NCBI GenBank assembly: GCA_032718475.1
Contig: JAUCBJ010004980.1
Location: 1-64,000, forward strand
Direction: 5' to 3'
Length of the DNA stretch: 64,000 bases
Origin: Nemertoderma westbladi
Taxonomy: Eukaryota; Animalia; Xenacoelomorpha
The notes under the pieces were generated by a model. That model was given only the letters and a program-made list of their open reading frames with translations. It was not told the origin of the DNA and did no database searches. The number at the start of each line of letters is the position of its first letter. The stretch's first letter is position 1. The position numbers and the translations under genes were made by a program. Shown piece by piece: positions 37,216-50,221 of this stretch.

Positions 37216-38399
37216 AAATTGGTAGATTGCGCAGTCACGTACTACTAATTTAGGTCAACCCACAAGGCGTTATGTTTGTTAGCCTGACTTTCCTAGGTAA
37301 CAAACTAGGGTGTTAATTGTTTGCCATTTCTTGTCTATCGGCTGAAAAGGTGACTTATGGTTTTGGTTGCAAAAGTGCGCTAAGGGATGTATCCCGTAAC
37401 ATAGAATAGGCAATATTTAAACAAAATCCCTGTTTATCAATATGCCATAATGCTTCAATTGAGTTTCACTAAATGAAACTAATATATTAAAACGTCGTGA
37501 AAATAATGTTCCATAGAAGAATAATACTACGTATTGCATGTTAAATAATGTGTAACATATTATGACTATGTTGTTGAGTCTTTATTTTCCTCGCTATGGT
37601 CAGTAAATATAACATCTCGAGAAAAGTGAAAACAATGTTATACATTTTTTTGCCTCTCAATAAACTGACCCTGAGTTATGTATGTTTAGTGGATATTTGT
37701 TTTAAACAGTGAGGTAAAGTAAAGTTGTTGGTGTGTATTTTCGGTAGACACTGAAAGTAACCGCTCTGATTAGATTGTTAACTTTAATTTTAATGGCTAA
37801 ATGTGTGCGGGTTGAGTTTTTCTCCAGATCAATATCCCGTATCTAATGTATGGTTGTAAAAGGGAGTGATAAAGTATTTGAAGTATGTGTTGTGTAGTGG
37901 TAGAATGTAGCGAAGTTTAAAGAAAATACCTATAGATTTTGTGTAAATAACTTTTTTTTAATAAGAGTTTGTGCTATTTTTTTATTTGCAATATTGTCAT
38001 GTTTTAATTTGTGATAATTAAGTGTTCTATTATTTTTAAGGTTTAGTGACTGTTAAAAGCATTTTTTAATAATTTAGCTTGAAAGAAACATTGATTTTGT
38101 TTTGCTAAGCACTGTGTTGTTTTGTTGCCCTAATAAATGTTCAACAACACAATTATTTCCCGCTTGTTTTGTGTTTTTTCCAGTTGCCCCCCTAGGAGTA
38201 GGCCAAGGCGAGGTCGAGTATTTCCTACTCCGAGAAATAACTGCATTTTGTTATGAAAAGAGTAATTTATGAGTTGTTATTATTAAATAATAATGTAGAC
38301 TGTTATGGTAGTAACAATAACAAACATACAGCAGCAGCTACAGTATCAGTACGAAAAAATGAGGAAACTCTTATATGTAGTAGCTGTAGAAAATCATTA

Positions 38400-38895
38400 C
38401 AATTAATCCACAAATACTAAAGACTAATGATTATAAGAATAGCACTATTCGTGGTGAAGTGTATCACACATTTGTGGCGACGCCGATCCGCTGGTTTGTG
38501 AGAAGAGATGGGATTTGCTACGCATGCAGTTAACAAAACAACCGAAGATATTCAAAACCTTCTAGCTCAGGTAGGAAACAATTAAATATGTTACTGCTGT
38601 ATGGGATGATGCTTTTCTTGTCGCAGTTTATTAAGGAAAGATTATGCTTCCTACTGTTTGTTCTAACTTACAAGCCAACTCCCTCCATTATTATCATGTC
38701 CTACTCCCTCCATTATTAGAACAACAGAAAGCCGATCCTGCTGATGTTGCACTTATTTTAAAAATAATCAAGTCAAAAGTGATGAAGATTTGTTTGGAGA
38801 GAGTTTGGCCGCAAGTCTAAAGAGAATGGATCCACAATTGAGGTCCTATGCAAAGTTAAAGTTGCAAGAACTCTTGTATAATATTGAATACAATT
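38400..38895 (+). pseudogene. MADF/BESS accessory gene of a PIF/Harbinger element
   Basis: DEDLFGESLAASLKRMDPQLRSYAKLKLQELLYNIE (BESS-like) at 38781-38891. Confidence 0.65.
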
Positions 38896-39129
38896 CGACC
38901 ATGATCTATCTGTCAACCTCAACCTGAGTAATTCCCGAATCAGCTGATTCACTCTATCACTAATCTGTAACCACAATAAACCAGGATCCACAGCAATCAG
39001 GATCACACACCGACCAATAGGGAAGTGATGAACATCAGTGCCAATATACGAACTTGTAAAACTAATACTGGTATGTGAGATATTTTTGTGTTTTGTGTTT
39101 TTGTAAAACTAATATGCGGGATATTTTTG

Positions 39130-39970
39130 ATGGCAGAGACTGGCGATCATGATCCAGCAATCCGAGTTACATTTCCCACTGACCAGTTTCATTTCCCCAG
39201 TCACCAGGGTGTGTATTTCCCTCATCGTCTTCTGTGTACAAATTGGGTGGGACAGTATTCTTCACGAACATCGTTCTTCTTAAAAAAATTATTGAGAGTC
39301 TTGACAATGTTATCTGCATGATATGGTTTTGCTATGATGCCCCGATGTAATATGTGCCACCTAATACAAGCTATGCCAAATACATTTTCAATTGTATGCC
39401 TGGCCGAGAAAGCCGATAATTGAAAATGGGCTGAGTTGTAGCAAGGTTCTTAGCAGTGTATCATCCTCAACAAAGTTATAAGGAAGCTGAAAGTTTGTTC
39501 CTTGATTAATCTTGTTAATTCTTGTTAATTTTTCTTGTTTGATTAACCTTGTTCCTTGGTTAATTTAGAGGGTGAGTGGCAGAGTTTCCTATTCCAGCAT
39601 TTTTCCCAACTCAGTTAAAGCATAAAATAAATGGCAACACAGTTTTGTGAATATAACGACCGATTCTAAAACTAAAAGTTATAGTTTGTTGGAATCTCCA
39701 GTTGCCAAGTAGAGCATTGTCACACCTAGATGCCCGGCAGATGTAATGGAACTGAGTTTAGATTTTTTTTATCAAAACTGGTTCTACAATCTTAGTTGGT
39801 TCATCGAATGTCACTGTTGACATTCTAAAGTACCGTGTCACTCTGTGCAGGTATTGCACGATTTTTTGCTTGCGGCTGATGGTTTGTTACTATTTATTCA
39901 TCCATCGTCCCATTCAGAAATTAACAACTAATAAATTTATTAAATTCTCCAAATTCTTATATCTCCTTGA
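39130..39970 (-). pseudogene. PIF/Harbinger (HARBI1-like) transposase relic
   Basis: YLATGDS and IFNYRLSR..IENVFGI..RW motifs; convergent with the BESS gene. Confidence 0.75.
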
Positions 39971-40859
39971 ATATGGGGCGAAAGCAACAATAAGGTTTTC
40001 TTCATTAATAATCAAATGTTAAATTTTAATTACAGAAAGACAGTTAAGTATGTGTATAAACAATTATTATAATAATAAACTTCACATTAGATTTATTATC
40101 AATCATTGACTATATTATCACGTTCTTGTAGAGTTGGCCAATCATGTAGTGGTAAAAAAAAGTGAGCTTGTTAAATCAGCAATAAGCAGTATCAGTAACA
40201 TTGCGCACCATTACTATTACATCAACATTATTTTGCTTCAAGAGACGATATACAACATCAGTGATTACTCAGATTTGTTTTGCTTTATTTCCACATAATC
40301 ATTCTAGAAACTGGCATAATTGTTTAATTATTTTTTGTAATATGAAATATTTGTATTAACGTCCAATTTATACGCACATATGATTTTATATCCTGGGATG
40401 CAAATCCCATCTCAATGAAAGGTCGATTATCTCCAAATATTTTTTTCATGAAATTGTCAACTTCAAAACCCTACTACTTTTACAATTTTTGAGTAATTAG
40501 TCTGAAACTTCCTGTGGGTGTCTAGATAGCCACCCTGCATAAAAGTATCAGACAACTTTTCGAAATATTTTGTTAATAAAATTTAATACTATTTATAAAA
40601 AACCTAAAAATTAGCATAAATTTGCAGCGCCACCTCGCGGTACAGAATTATTTTAACAAAATTTCGCCTGATAGTTATGTTGCCCCATCTTTGATCTATC
40701 ATATAAAAACACTTAGGGTTTTAAGCGCAACCAAGTTTTTTTATTGTTAACTAGTATTAACTAATATTAAATAGCGAAAAAAAAATTTCTGACCTGTCAT
40801 GTAGAATAGCATCTTAGGCACCTATATACCTATATCCTACTAAAAGGAATATTCTCCAG

Positions 40860-41290
40860 TTTACTAGGTCTAATTTTCTGCTTCCATATCGAAATCTAAC
40901 AACATAGAAAAGGCTTCTGCTGTTGCTATATCTTGCCTGGCGTGATAGCGTTGTCAGGCGGACGGAGTTTCTAAGAAGAACTGCGACCACTTGAAAAGTG
41001 AAGTGCAGAAGTGGTACTACCTCTTTCTGCTTGCCATTGATTCAAGCCAACTTTAGACTTGAGTAGGATTATTTCCTTTTGGAAGAAGATCATCCGCCAA
41101 AAGGACATAATTGCGACTTACAGCATACATGCCACTTCAAGCTACAGCAAGTATGCAGTACATAAGCTTGGCATATAGGCCTTTTTGCCTATAGCAAGTT
41201 ATATTTCCAAGGTTGGCCGCAGGTGAAGGGTACTCAAGAAACCCACTGCGACACACCCTATGTATCCTGGCATAACAAGCTTTACGTTGG
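40860..41290. repeat. Interspersed repeat homologous to 51645-52010 (possibly an RTE 5' region, minus strand)
   Basis: Shared blocks tgattcaagccaactttagacttga, ttacagcatacatgccacttca and ggtgaagggt. Confidence 0.6.
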
Positions 41291-42189
41291 TATTTGCTTC
41301 AAGAGCAATACAAACAGATTGACGTGCAACTCCCTATTATCGACGTAGACGTACACCCACATATCTAACCAGAATAGTTGAATTAGCCTAGAACTTAGTA
41401 TTACATATTATATTATCATTTCATTTCCTAATAACTTTATGTTCAATTTTTTTATTCCAAAATTTTAACATTATCTGTTAGTATTAACAGCTTATTATTA
41501 TTAGATTTAGATTAGTATTTACAACTTTAGAGGAAATTACAGCATTGTATTGGCCTGTACATTTAGTTTTGTATTTCGTGTTATCCGTTAAGTAATGTCC
41601 CCTTAGTGGACATTACTTAACGCCATCATTTGTTACCACGTAAACAATAGGTGGAAATTTGCCTGACAGCCAGCCTAGGCCTACTGCATTACCTACTGGT
41701 AGGCGGGTTATAGCTATTAATAACCAGTAGCTATATTATTACATGTCTCCAAACGCCACCATAAATATAAGCTAACTTATTTATAACATAATTTATGTCA
41801 TTTTGACATTTATTTCTACAGCAACTAATTTAATTTGTGCAGTTTCTCATATATATGTACAATCATTTCGTAATTTTTAAATTTTGGAATAAAACTACAT
41901 ACATACTTGTTGCAAAGTACTTCACAGTGTTCTGATCCTCGTTGCTTTATTATCACTCACTCACATAGTACTTTATCAAAATTCAAATTATATATATCCC
42001 ACCTGGGCGGACCTATAATGTTAATTATTAATTTAAATTAAATAACAGGATGTATGTTAGGCCATTCAAAATATTAAAATAATTCAATAAAAGAGAGTGA
42101 GTCAGTTTCATTTTGACTCGTAATTTTGACTGGTATTATTTATTATTCTTGTAATATTTCCATGAACAATGTTTCATCAAGCTTCATCT

Positions 42190-42330
42190 TGTAATATTAT
42201 GGGTTTGTTCAGAAGTGGAAAAAATGAGAAAGCGCCTGTTAGGCCGAAACTTACGTATAGCGCTGGTTCAACCCCCGGTAACGCGCTTTCTCATTTTTTC
42301 CACTTTTCTGAATAAACCCATAATATTACA
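42190..42330. mobile_element. Short foldback element with hammerhead 3' half and box B (second family)
   Basis: ~46-bp inverted arms enclosing gcct gtt aggc c GAAA c ttac g TA tagc gct GGTTCAACCCC cgg. Confidence 0.55.
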
Positions 42331-42655
42331 CCTTTAATTACAGTTGCTAGTTGCAACAGCTCATTTCCAATTAATTTAAGCTTCATCTTAGTAGGAATCC
42401 ACGATGACAGTTATTTTTTTTTATCTTTCTATCATTTATCAAAAATACCAAAATGTTATGCTGCCTGATCTAGACTGTTATGTAGTCATTGTGCGCCTTT
42501 CTGACATTAAACACACCTCAAGGGATGGAATGCTTGAGCATCTGGACAACTTTTCAAAAATCAAACCAAAATTTTAAATTTTTCAAATTAAAATTTGTCA
42601 AATTTTAAAAATACTTAGACAAAACTGAGATAGAAATACTAGTCAAATTTGTTTC

Positions 42656-42865
42656 TATTTAGGTTTTCAAGGGTGCTGATTCCGATTGCAGTGATTATTT
42701 TCAATGAAACTGATCAAATGCTAATTTTTGGCGGCAGCTAAAAAATTAAAATTACAAGTAAACTTGTAATTTTGGTGTTTGGTGTGACGCCAAAAACCGA
42801 AAAATCATCAGAATCATTGAAAATAATGATTGCAATCGGAATCAGGACGCTTAGAAACCTAAATA
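42656..42865. repeat. Imperfect inverted repeat (MITE remnant)
   Basis: tatttaggttt...ctgattccgattgca...attttcaatga is mirrored at ~42807-42865. Confidence 0.6.
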
Positions 42866-43126
42866 TCCAAATATAGAAGTGATTGAGATAATTCTACTTT
42901 AGAATTGGAAATGCGTTATTTACTTGCACTTTTCATCCATTGGTTTGTCGCTTTCAAATCCAAGGAAGTTTTCTGAAATATATTCACTACTGTTATGAGG
43001 AAGGGGCAGTAGTAGTCTTCTGTTCTGTCTTTTGTTTCGTAATGGATACGGGCTTCGACCAGGGACAAATGGCGAGAACGCTTTTTTTGATAATGCCATT
43101 TCAACAAGTTTTTTCCCCCGATTTAA

Positions 43127-44685
43127 CCCTATTAGTACCGGGCTATAAAATGCTGTACAAATACCGGGAGGGGGTCATATTGACCCCCCCCCTCTAAAAT
43201 CTACAAATATTTACGAAAACGCCTGATTTTTTGTTTGTACGTAGGTATCACTTGTCTGGATCCGATCGAAAAAAAAATTTTCGAAAAAATGTACTGGGGT
43301 GGTTATATTGCAGCACCAAAATTACAAGTAGTGCACAATTTTCACAAAATTTGAAAGTTACATTTTCGGCTAATTATTTTTCAATACAGGTTTTCTGGGG
43401 TGCAAAATACATTGGAAAATATTTAAAAATGATATGATTACTATAAATGGCCGTTTAGTCCTCTCTGCGTAGGAAAAAAATGAAAAAAACAAGTAACCAG
43501 CACTTTTCAGGTAGAACACAAAATTTTTAATTCACTTATACGATGCTATAAATTCACATTTTCAGGTTTTCGAGGGCGCTGATTCTAATGGAATACATTT
43601 CTAATATGCCAGATCATTGATACTTGTATTTTTCGGCGTAATTTTGCAAATTTTGGTGCTAGCACCAAATTTCGTACCCATCACCAAAAAGTACAAGTTT
43701 GCGATGTCCAGTGCTGTTTTTATGGATTCCATCGGATTCAGGACCCTCATAAACCCGTATAACGCAAGAAACAAGGTGATACTATCTACTGATAAATTTG
43801 CATATTTTCCAAAATTTGGTGCTCGCACAACAATTTTCACCCACTGGCGAAAAATACCAGTTTGAGAACTCTTATGAAATTTTTACTGATTTCATTGAAT
43901 TCAGAACCATCACAAACCCGTATAACGCAAGAAACAAGGTGACACAATCAATTGATATATTTGATGGTTTTCAAAATTTGGTGCTAGCACCACATTTTGC
44001 ACCCACATCCGAAAAATACAAGTTTGAGATGTCTAGTTCGATAATTATACATTCCATTGAATTCAGAACAGCCATAAACCTCTAAAATGCAAGAAATAAA
44101 TTGTCACAAGCAATTTTATCTATCGAATGAATTTTCAAAATTTCGTGCTAGCACCAAAATTTGCACACAACACCGAAAAATACAAGTTTGATACGCTTGG
44201 TGCAACTCATATATATTTCATCGAATCCAGAACCCCAAAAAAACCCAATTGCGTAAAAAACAAGTTTCAAACAATCAATTTACAAAATTGACATAATTCA
44301 AAATTTGGTGCTGGCACCAAAATTTGGCACCCACCGAAAAAAACAAGTTTGAAATTTCTAAATCAATTTATATGAATTCCATCAAATTTCTAACACCAAA
44401 AAACCGGTGTAAATCAAAAATAGAGATGTTACAATTCATATTTAATGAAATGTAATTTTCAAAAAAAGTGCCAAAAGTAGGGTTAAAAAATGGTGCTATA
44501 ACTCAAAAAGTACCCAATATTTTTGAAAACGGTTTTCACTACTAGGAAGACAATAGATTTTTAGGAAAAGTCATAAAATTTCAGATTCCCAACTGCGTTT
44601 GTAAAAGATTCCCAACTGCGATTATAATAAAAAAACCACGGGGGGGGGGTCATATTGACCCCCCCCCCCCCCGGGTTTAATAGGG
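43127..44685 (-). mobile_element. Non-autonomous piggyBac-type element, inverted near-identical copy of 16088-17654
   Basis: TTAA|CCCTATTA ... TAATAGGG|TTAA; the same shadow ORFs appear on the opposite strand. Confidence 0.92.
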
Positions 44686-46104
44686 TTAAAGCCATTTATG
44701 AAATGTACATCAAATGAAAAATTAATATAGAATTATAATTCACTTAAAGTAATTAAAACTGTGGGTTTAAAATACCTTGAGCATATATAAATTTACATTT
44801 AAATAATAATATACACTTTAAAAATGTAAACGTTATTTGTAGAATTATTATTAATTTCACCAATTTACAATCTAAATATGCGAAACTATAATTTGTGAGC
44901 TCTCAACAATATAAAGTGAGGAAATATTCTAATAACGATTGTCTGCGAATCCTTTTTCAGTTTTCCATTTCACCTTCCTTATTCGTTACAGTCAGGGAAT
45001 AATTTGTAGTTTGCATAATTTACATTTAGTCTAGTTAGGACTACTATGTTGGACGGTGTTATGCAGAAATGTGTCAACCCACACAAACACCATTTTGAGA
45101 AAATTGAGTTTAAAGTTTCTGACCTCAAATTAATTGCGTTTTAGGGTATTTGCAGTCGTACATTATACGTTATCAACTTATATGATCTGAATGCTTAACT
45201 ACAGTAATGCTTAGGAAGAATATTAATTACATAAATTTCCTTTATTTATTTGTATGGAATTAATTTCGCACTACTACATCTTCAGGGCGACATATTTTTC
45301 AGCTTTATATCGCAGTGCGACATTATTTCTCAGTTCTGTATATCCCTACGCCATACATTTTACATACTTGGTGACTGCGTTACGTCGATAACAACCATAT
45401 CAACCATATCGATACAGGTTCATGTAACTAGCTATAGTAGTGCCCAAATAATGCAATATATCTGCTAGAATACATAGACTCGACATAGAATACTAGAATA
45501 CATATTATAATGTCGCCGTTGCAATATATTGAAATACATTGTATGGATGTCCAGGTAAGAAACCATTACGTTTCCATGACATCACACAGTTATCGGGTTA
45601 GGACTTTGTATAGAGTACTTTCAAAGGCTATCTAAAAGGAAAGTAATAAGTTAGGACTTTAGCGCTCCCGGAGTTAATGCAAAAGCTTTTATTGTTAAGT
45701 GTGAACACAATTTGCTAAACGGAGGGGTATTCGCAATCAATATTCGGCGAGTTAGCGTATTAGGGTATTTGCGGTCTTACAATAATTTATCACTTAGTAC
45801 AAATGTAATATAAGTGTTTAAATGTGTTTGTAAGTTAGCATTATGGCCATTCGATACTCTTGAGTGTTTAAGTGTGTTTGAGAAGTACCAATTCCCATAA
45901 TGCCGCTAAGGGGGGCCAAGTTTTTCATACACATGACACACTGGACTGCAAAAGTGGTAAAAAGCTAACTTGTTGGAAATTGTCTAAAAAACGTTTTGAC
46001 AAAGTTTCAGATTGCAAGGACCACGAGTTAGCACTTTGAGTTAGCACTTTGGAAAAGTTAGCACAATAGCGGAAAAAGAGCTTGCAAAGTTAGCTCTTTG
46101 GTAT

Positions 46105-46676
46105 ATTTGCCAACACACACATGCCAACTACACATGCCAACTACACACATATGCCAACTACACACACGTGCCAACTACACACACATGCCAACTACACATG
46201 CAACTACACACACATGCCAACTACACACACACATGCCAAATACACACATATGCCAACTACACACATATGCCAACTACACACACGTGCCAACTACACACAC
46301 ATGCCAACTACACATGCCAACTACACATGCCAACTACACATGCCAACTACACACACATGCCAACTACACATACATATGCCAACTACACACATATGCCAAC
46401 TACACACATGTGCCAACTACACACATGTGCCAACTACACACACATGCCAACTACACACACAACTACACACACATGCCAACTACACATGCCAACTACACAC
46501 AAATGCCAACTACACATACATATGCCAACTACACACATATGCCAACTACACACATGTGCCAACTACACACATGTGCCAACTACACACACATGCCAACTAC
46601 ACACACATGCCAACTACACACACATAAAAAATCAGATTTTATGTGTAAGGTTGACTGGCACTTGTGGGCTTCCGTA
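46105..46676 (+). repeat. 13-17-bp minisatellite (tgccaactacacacaca) ending in a TIR-like terminus
   Basis: Array 46105-46625 followed by GGGCTTCCGTA at 46666-46676, identical to the end of the 2572-4777 element. Confidence 0.85.
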
Positions 46677-47204
46677 GAATCCAATCACATTTCTGCCCAT
46701 TTACTATTACTGGGTGATACTTACTGTCAACAGTCACCATCATACCGATACCACTACACACTACACCTCTATTACATTACCTGCAAGTTAGTTACAATAT
46801 TTTAAAATTGTTTAGTTCATTTACTTTCGGTTTAGTGTTTAGTACGTGTAGCAGTTTAAAATTCTAAATAGCTGTTTTGATTTTGTTATAATCAGCCGAT
46901 TTTCCTGAATTATTATACAGTAGGCTGTAAGATGCGATTGCCTGAAATCTAAGTTTAGCTGCACCGGTACTTTTATTTATTACATGGGGAAAAAAGTATA
47001 ACTTTTTTCACTATTCTCGGGGTATTTTATTTTATTGAACTGCATTATTTTACTACATAATATTGCTTCCATAGTTACTGCGATTCAAATTACTGTACTC
47101 TTCAACTGCTGTTGCTGCCTTACTAAATGTTAAATAATTTAGTGATCTAGAATATTTATTAAGTAACTAGAGATCCGCTTAACAACACAAACCATTTTTG
47201 GATA

Positions 47205-47561
47205 TTAAGTATATAATGTAGTAGGACAATATAATAATGCTCTCCATAGCGAATAATATCAACCGACCCTCTATATTAGGGCTCGAAGCCGGTACCTAGG
47301 TTTCAAACTTCCGATTATCATCAGCCGGGTGTGTGTACTGAACTACCAAGACGGGTGAATAATTCGCTAGGGAGTGGGATATCATCTAGGCCGACTAAGC
47401 ACTCAAAGGAATGTACAAATTCTCAAAAATAGCGAATTCTTCACCCATCCTGGTAGCCGGAGGTTTGAAACTAGGTACCTGGTTCGAGCCCCGATAGGGT
47501 CGGTTGATATTTTTCGCTATGGAGAGCATTATCATATTGTCCTACTACATTATATACTTAA
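47205..47561. mobile_element. Foldback tRNA-derived SINE-like element with internal hammerhead (copy 2)
   Basis: Arms ~47205-47369 and ~47430-47561; homologous to 28300-28572; box B GGTTCGAGCCC at ~47481. Confidence 0.82.
47289..47328 (-). ncRNA. Type I hammerhead ribozyme motif, intact core
   Basis: ccgg CTGATGA taatcggaagttt GAAA cctagg TA ccgg; GUA cleavage triplet and palindromic stem III ACCTAGGT. Confidence 0.75.
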
Positions 47562-48594
47562 ATTCTCCGTCACTCACCCCACAACAGTTCATTTATTATT
47601 ATTAATATTGGATATTGAGTTCCGTTTTGGAGTTCGCCTTGCTGCAGACACTAAAGTTGCAATACCTTTTCAGTGTGTGAATGGATTTTGCTCAAATTAC
47701 GTGCAAACCTTTTCTACTTCGATGCTCTTTCAACACAAGCAATAAAATTTAAGAAATTCCACCACAAATATTTTATTTTACCTTTTTTCGCCGGGAAAAA
47801 AGTAAAATCAATGAAATCCTATGGGCTATGGGAAGAAAAGAGAAACTTCTTCTCCCGATTTTGGGGTATATTCTTGCGAAAAAGTAACAATTTAAGAATA
47901 AAATCTATATTAGAACTGCGAAATCGAAATGTGTATCGTAATAACATCACCCATCATTCCGAGATTAGATTATCACATTTAGCAGTTTGATTCGTTTGAA
48001 TCTGATTCGATTCCAGCGTTGAATTTGTTTTATTTCACAGCTTTTTATAATACAATGGCAAGTTGATTACTAATGTGGCTAAGGGTTCCAAGGCAGTATA
48101 AATTGTCGGAAATGTTGTGAACTGGTAGGATCATTGAATTAATTATTAGTAAATTACCAGTGCAATGAAGTTGTTTTTATATAATAGGCCTATAAATGTA
48201 CAGCATTTACTTATCATTCTGTACCTACCAAATTACATGAAAATTTATTATAGTAATTATTATGGTACTTATTTATGCTAGTCCTATTATTTTTTATTAT
48301 CTTTATTAACACAGTTAGACTAGATAGTCGTAAAATTTCAACATCAAACAGATAAAATAAGCGGGAAGTTCAAACTGAAATTAGAAAGAAATTGAAACTG
48401 TACCGGTATTTAAAATTCAAAAGCAACGTTACATTAATTTCCTAACTATTAGTTGTATCAAAGTTAATTAAAATGATTTAAAATGATTTAAAAATAATAT
48501 AAAAACATGAGAACTAAAGTAAAATGTTACTATGAGAGCTACTGTAAATGAAAGTAGAAGTAAAGCACCAAGCTCCAGTAAAGCTGCACCTACA

Positions 48595-49090
48595 CTACAC
48601 CTCTAAAATATCGTAGAGGCCATCAGTTAGTGATTCGCTGGTTCCCAATATCGAAGCGGTGTTTCCGATCAGGATAGCTATCAGGATACGCTGTAGTAAG
48701 AAGCGATGAGAACGGGGCTCATGTGTGTTGGCGTGGAGCCTCCTCCCGACTTCTTTAAGGAAAGCGGGCTGTTCTCGGACCGGGGCGGCCAAATGTCTCA
48801 AAGGCAACTGGTTCGATTTGATAGCCCCGATCAATTAACTCCTGATTCTTCCTGATCCTCGGCTATGCGACCACCAATGGTTTGGCTTATTCTGAGATGG
48901 CTGGGGGCCAGCGGGTCGACTACTGTGGCGTCCCAGGTAAGTGTTCTTCCCTGGCTCCAAGGAACTAATGTTACACCATCTACCCGCTTCCCATCGCTCA
49001 AACAGAGACCTGGTGGTTCACGCAGGGATGGCAAACCGCAGCTGTTTAGTGATCGTTTTACGATATCGTTCAGCATGCTGTGGCGTGCTT
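48595..49090 (-). mobile_element. CRE-like non-LTR retrotransposon, restriction-like endonuclease 3' fragment
   Basis: LNDIVKRSL..REPPGL..DGKRVDGVTLVPWSQGRTLTWDATVVD, then FLLQRI.IAI..GNTASILGT. Confidence 0.85.
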
Positions 49091-50221
49091 GTTTTACTAG
49101 TGTTTTCCTAATTCAGAATTAGCCATTAATAAGTGAGAATGACTGTCAATATATATATTATAGCAACACGAAAAAACAAAACCATGTTAAGATTTTTTCT
49201 ATTGGGGTTTACCTGGTCGCTGATTTCATTTCTGAGGTCAGTTTTCACATTTTAATGAAATATAGTTAGTCTGTATTTCTCTTTCTGTCGGTGTTTCTGA
49301 CTAACCGACAATCTGTCCATCAAATATAAGAAAATGGCACACCATCTAGGAAAAGGTTTCCTAGTCGAATAATTCATTTCGAGAGTCAGATTTAAGATTT
49401 CATGACTTTCCAAATTGTCTGTCAGGCTATCCGTTATATTTTGACGGAGATAATGACAGGCACAGAAAAGACGAAGCCAAATTTGAATACCAGCCCCACA
49501 TCAGAAATGATGTCACGTACCAAGGAACCTCATTTAGGACATTTTTAGACAGATAGTATGACTGCAAAACGGTTTTCATATTTGGAATCTTGATAAAAAA
49601 CTACTCTAGATGAAATAAAAAAAAAATGAAACAAAATTTGAAAAAAATAAAAAAAATGTGAAAGCCAGTAACCCCCCCCCCCCCCCCTGTCTATACTTAT
49701 ATATTAATTGAACTTGTGTCATCACACAGGCATTAAACTTGTAGCAGGTGAGGCAACTTCCCTGTGGCATTCCAATAATGGCTACCAATAATTTTCCTTA
49801 TCCAATTTTCAAAAATATTGTTCTATTCTTTATTGTATATTCTATGACAGTCAATAAATACTATATAAGTATTTGTGATATATAATTTAGAAGGCCACAG
49901 AGGTCTGGGGCCATAATAAACATACAGTGAATTAAAGGACAAAATAGTAAAAATTGACTATAAAATCTAGTCATTAAATTTTTTGTTATTTTTTAGTTTT
50001 TTTCAGATTGTACCTGCAGATGCATTTAAGTAGTGATTTGTAATAACGCAATAACATGGCACCCTCCCTCACACAAAGTGTGTCTATAACATAACTGACC
50101 CCCTCACTCGAGGGCGTCAGCAATTAGTAGAAACGGCATCATATCAGTGATTAATCAGATTTGTTTTGCATTATTTCCGTATAATAATTATGATAATTCT
50201 AGAATCCAGCATTATTGTTTG

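Noticed and set aside
46098-46805. His/Cys/Thr-rich 168-235-aa ORFs
   Set aside because: Open in all three frames because the satellite strand lacks stop codons; not evidence of a gene.
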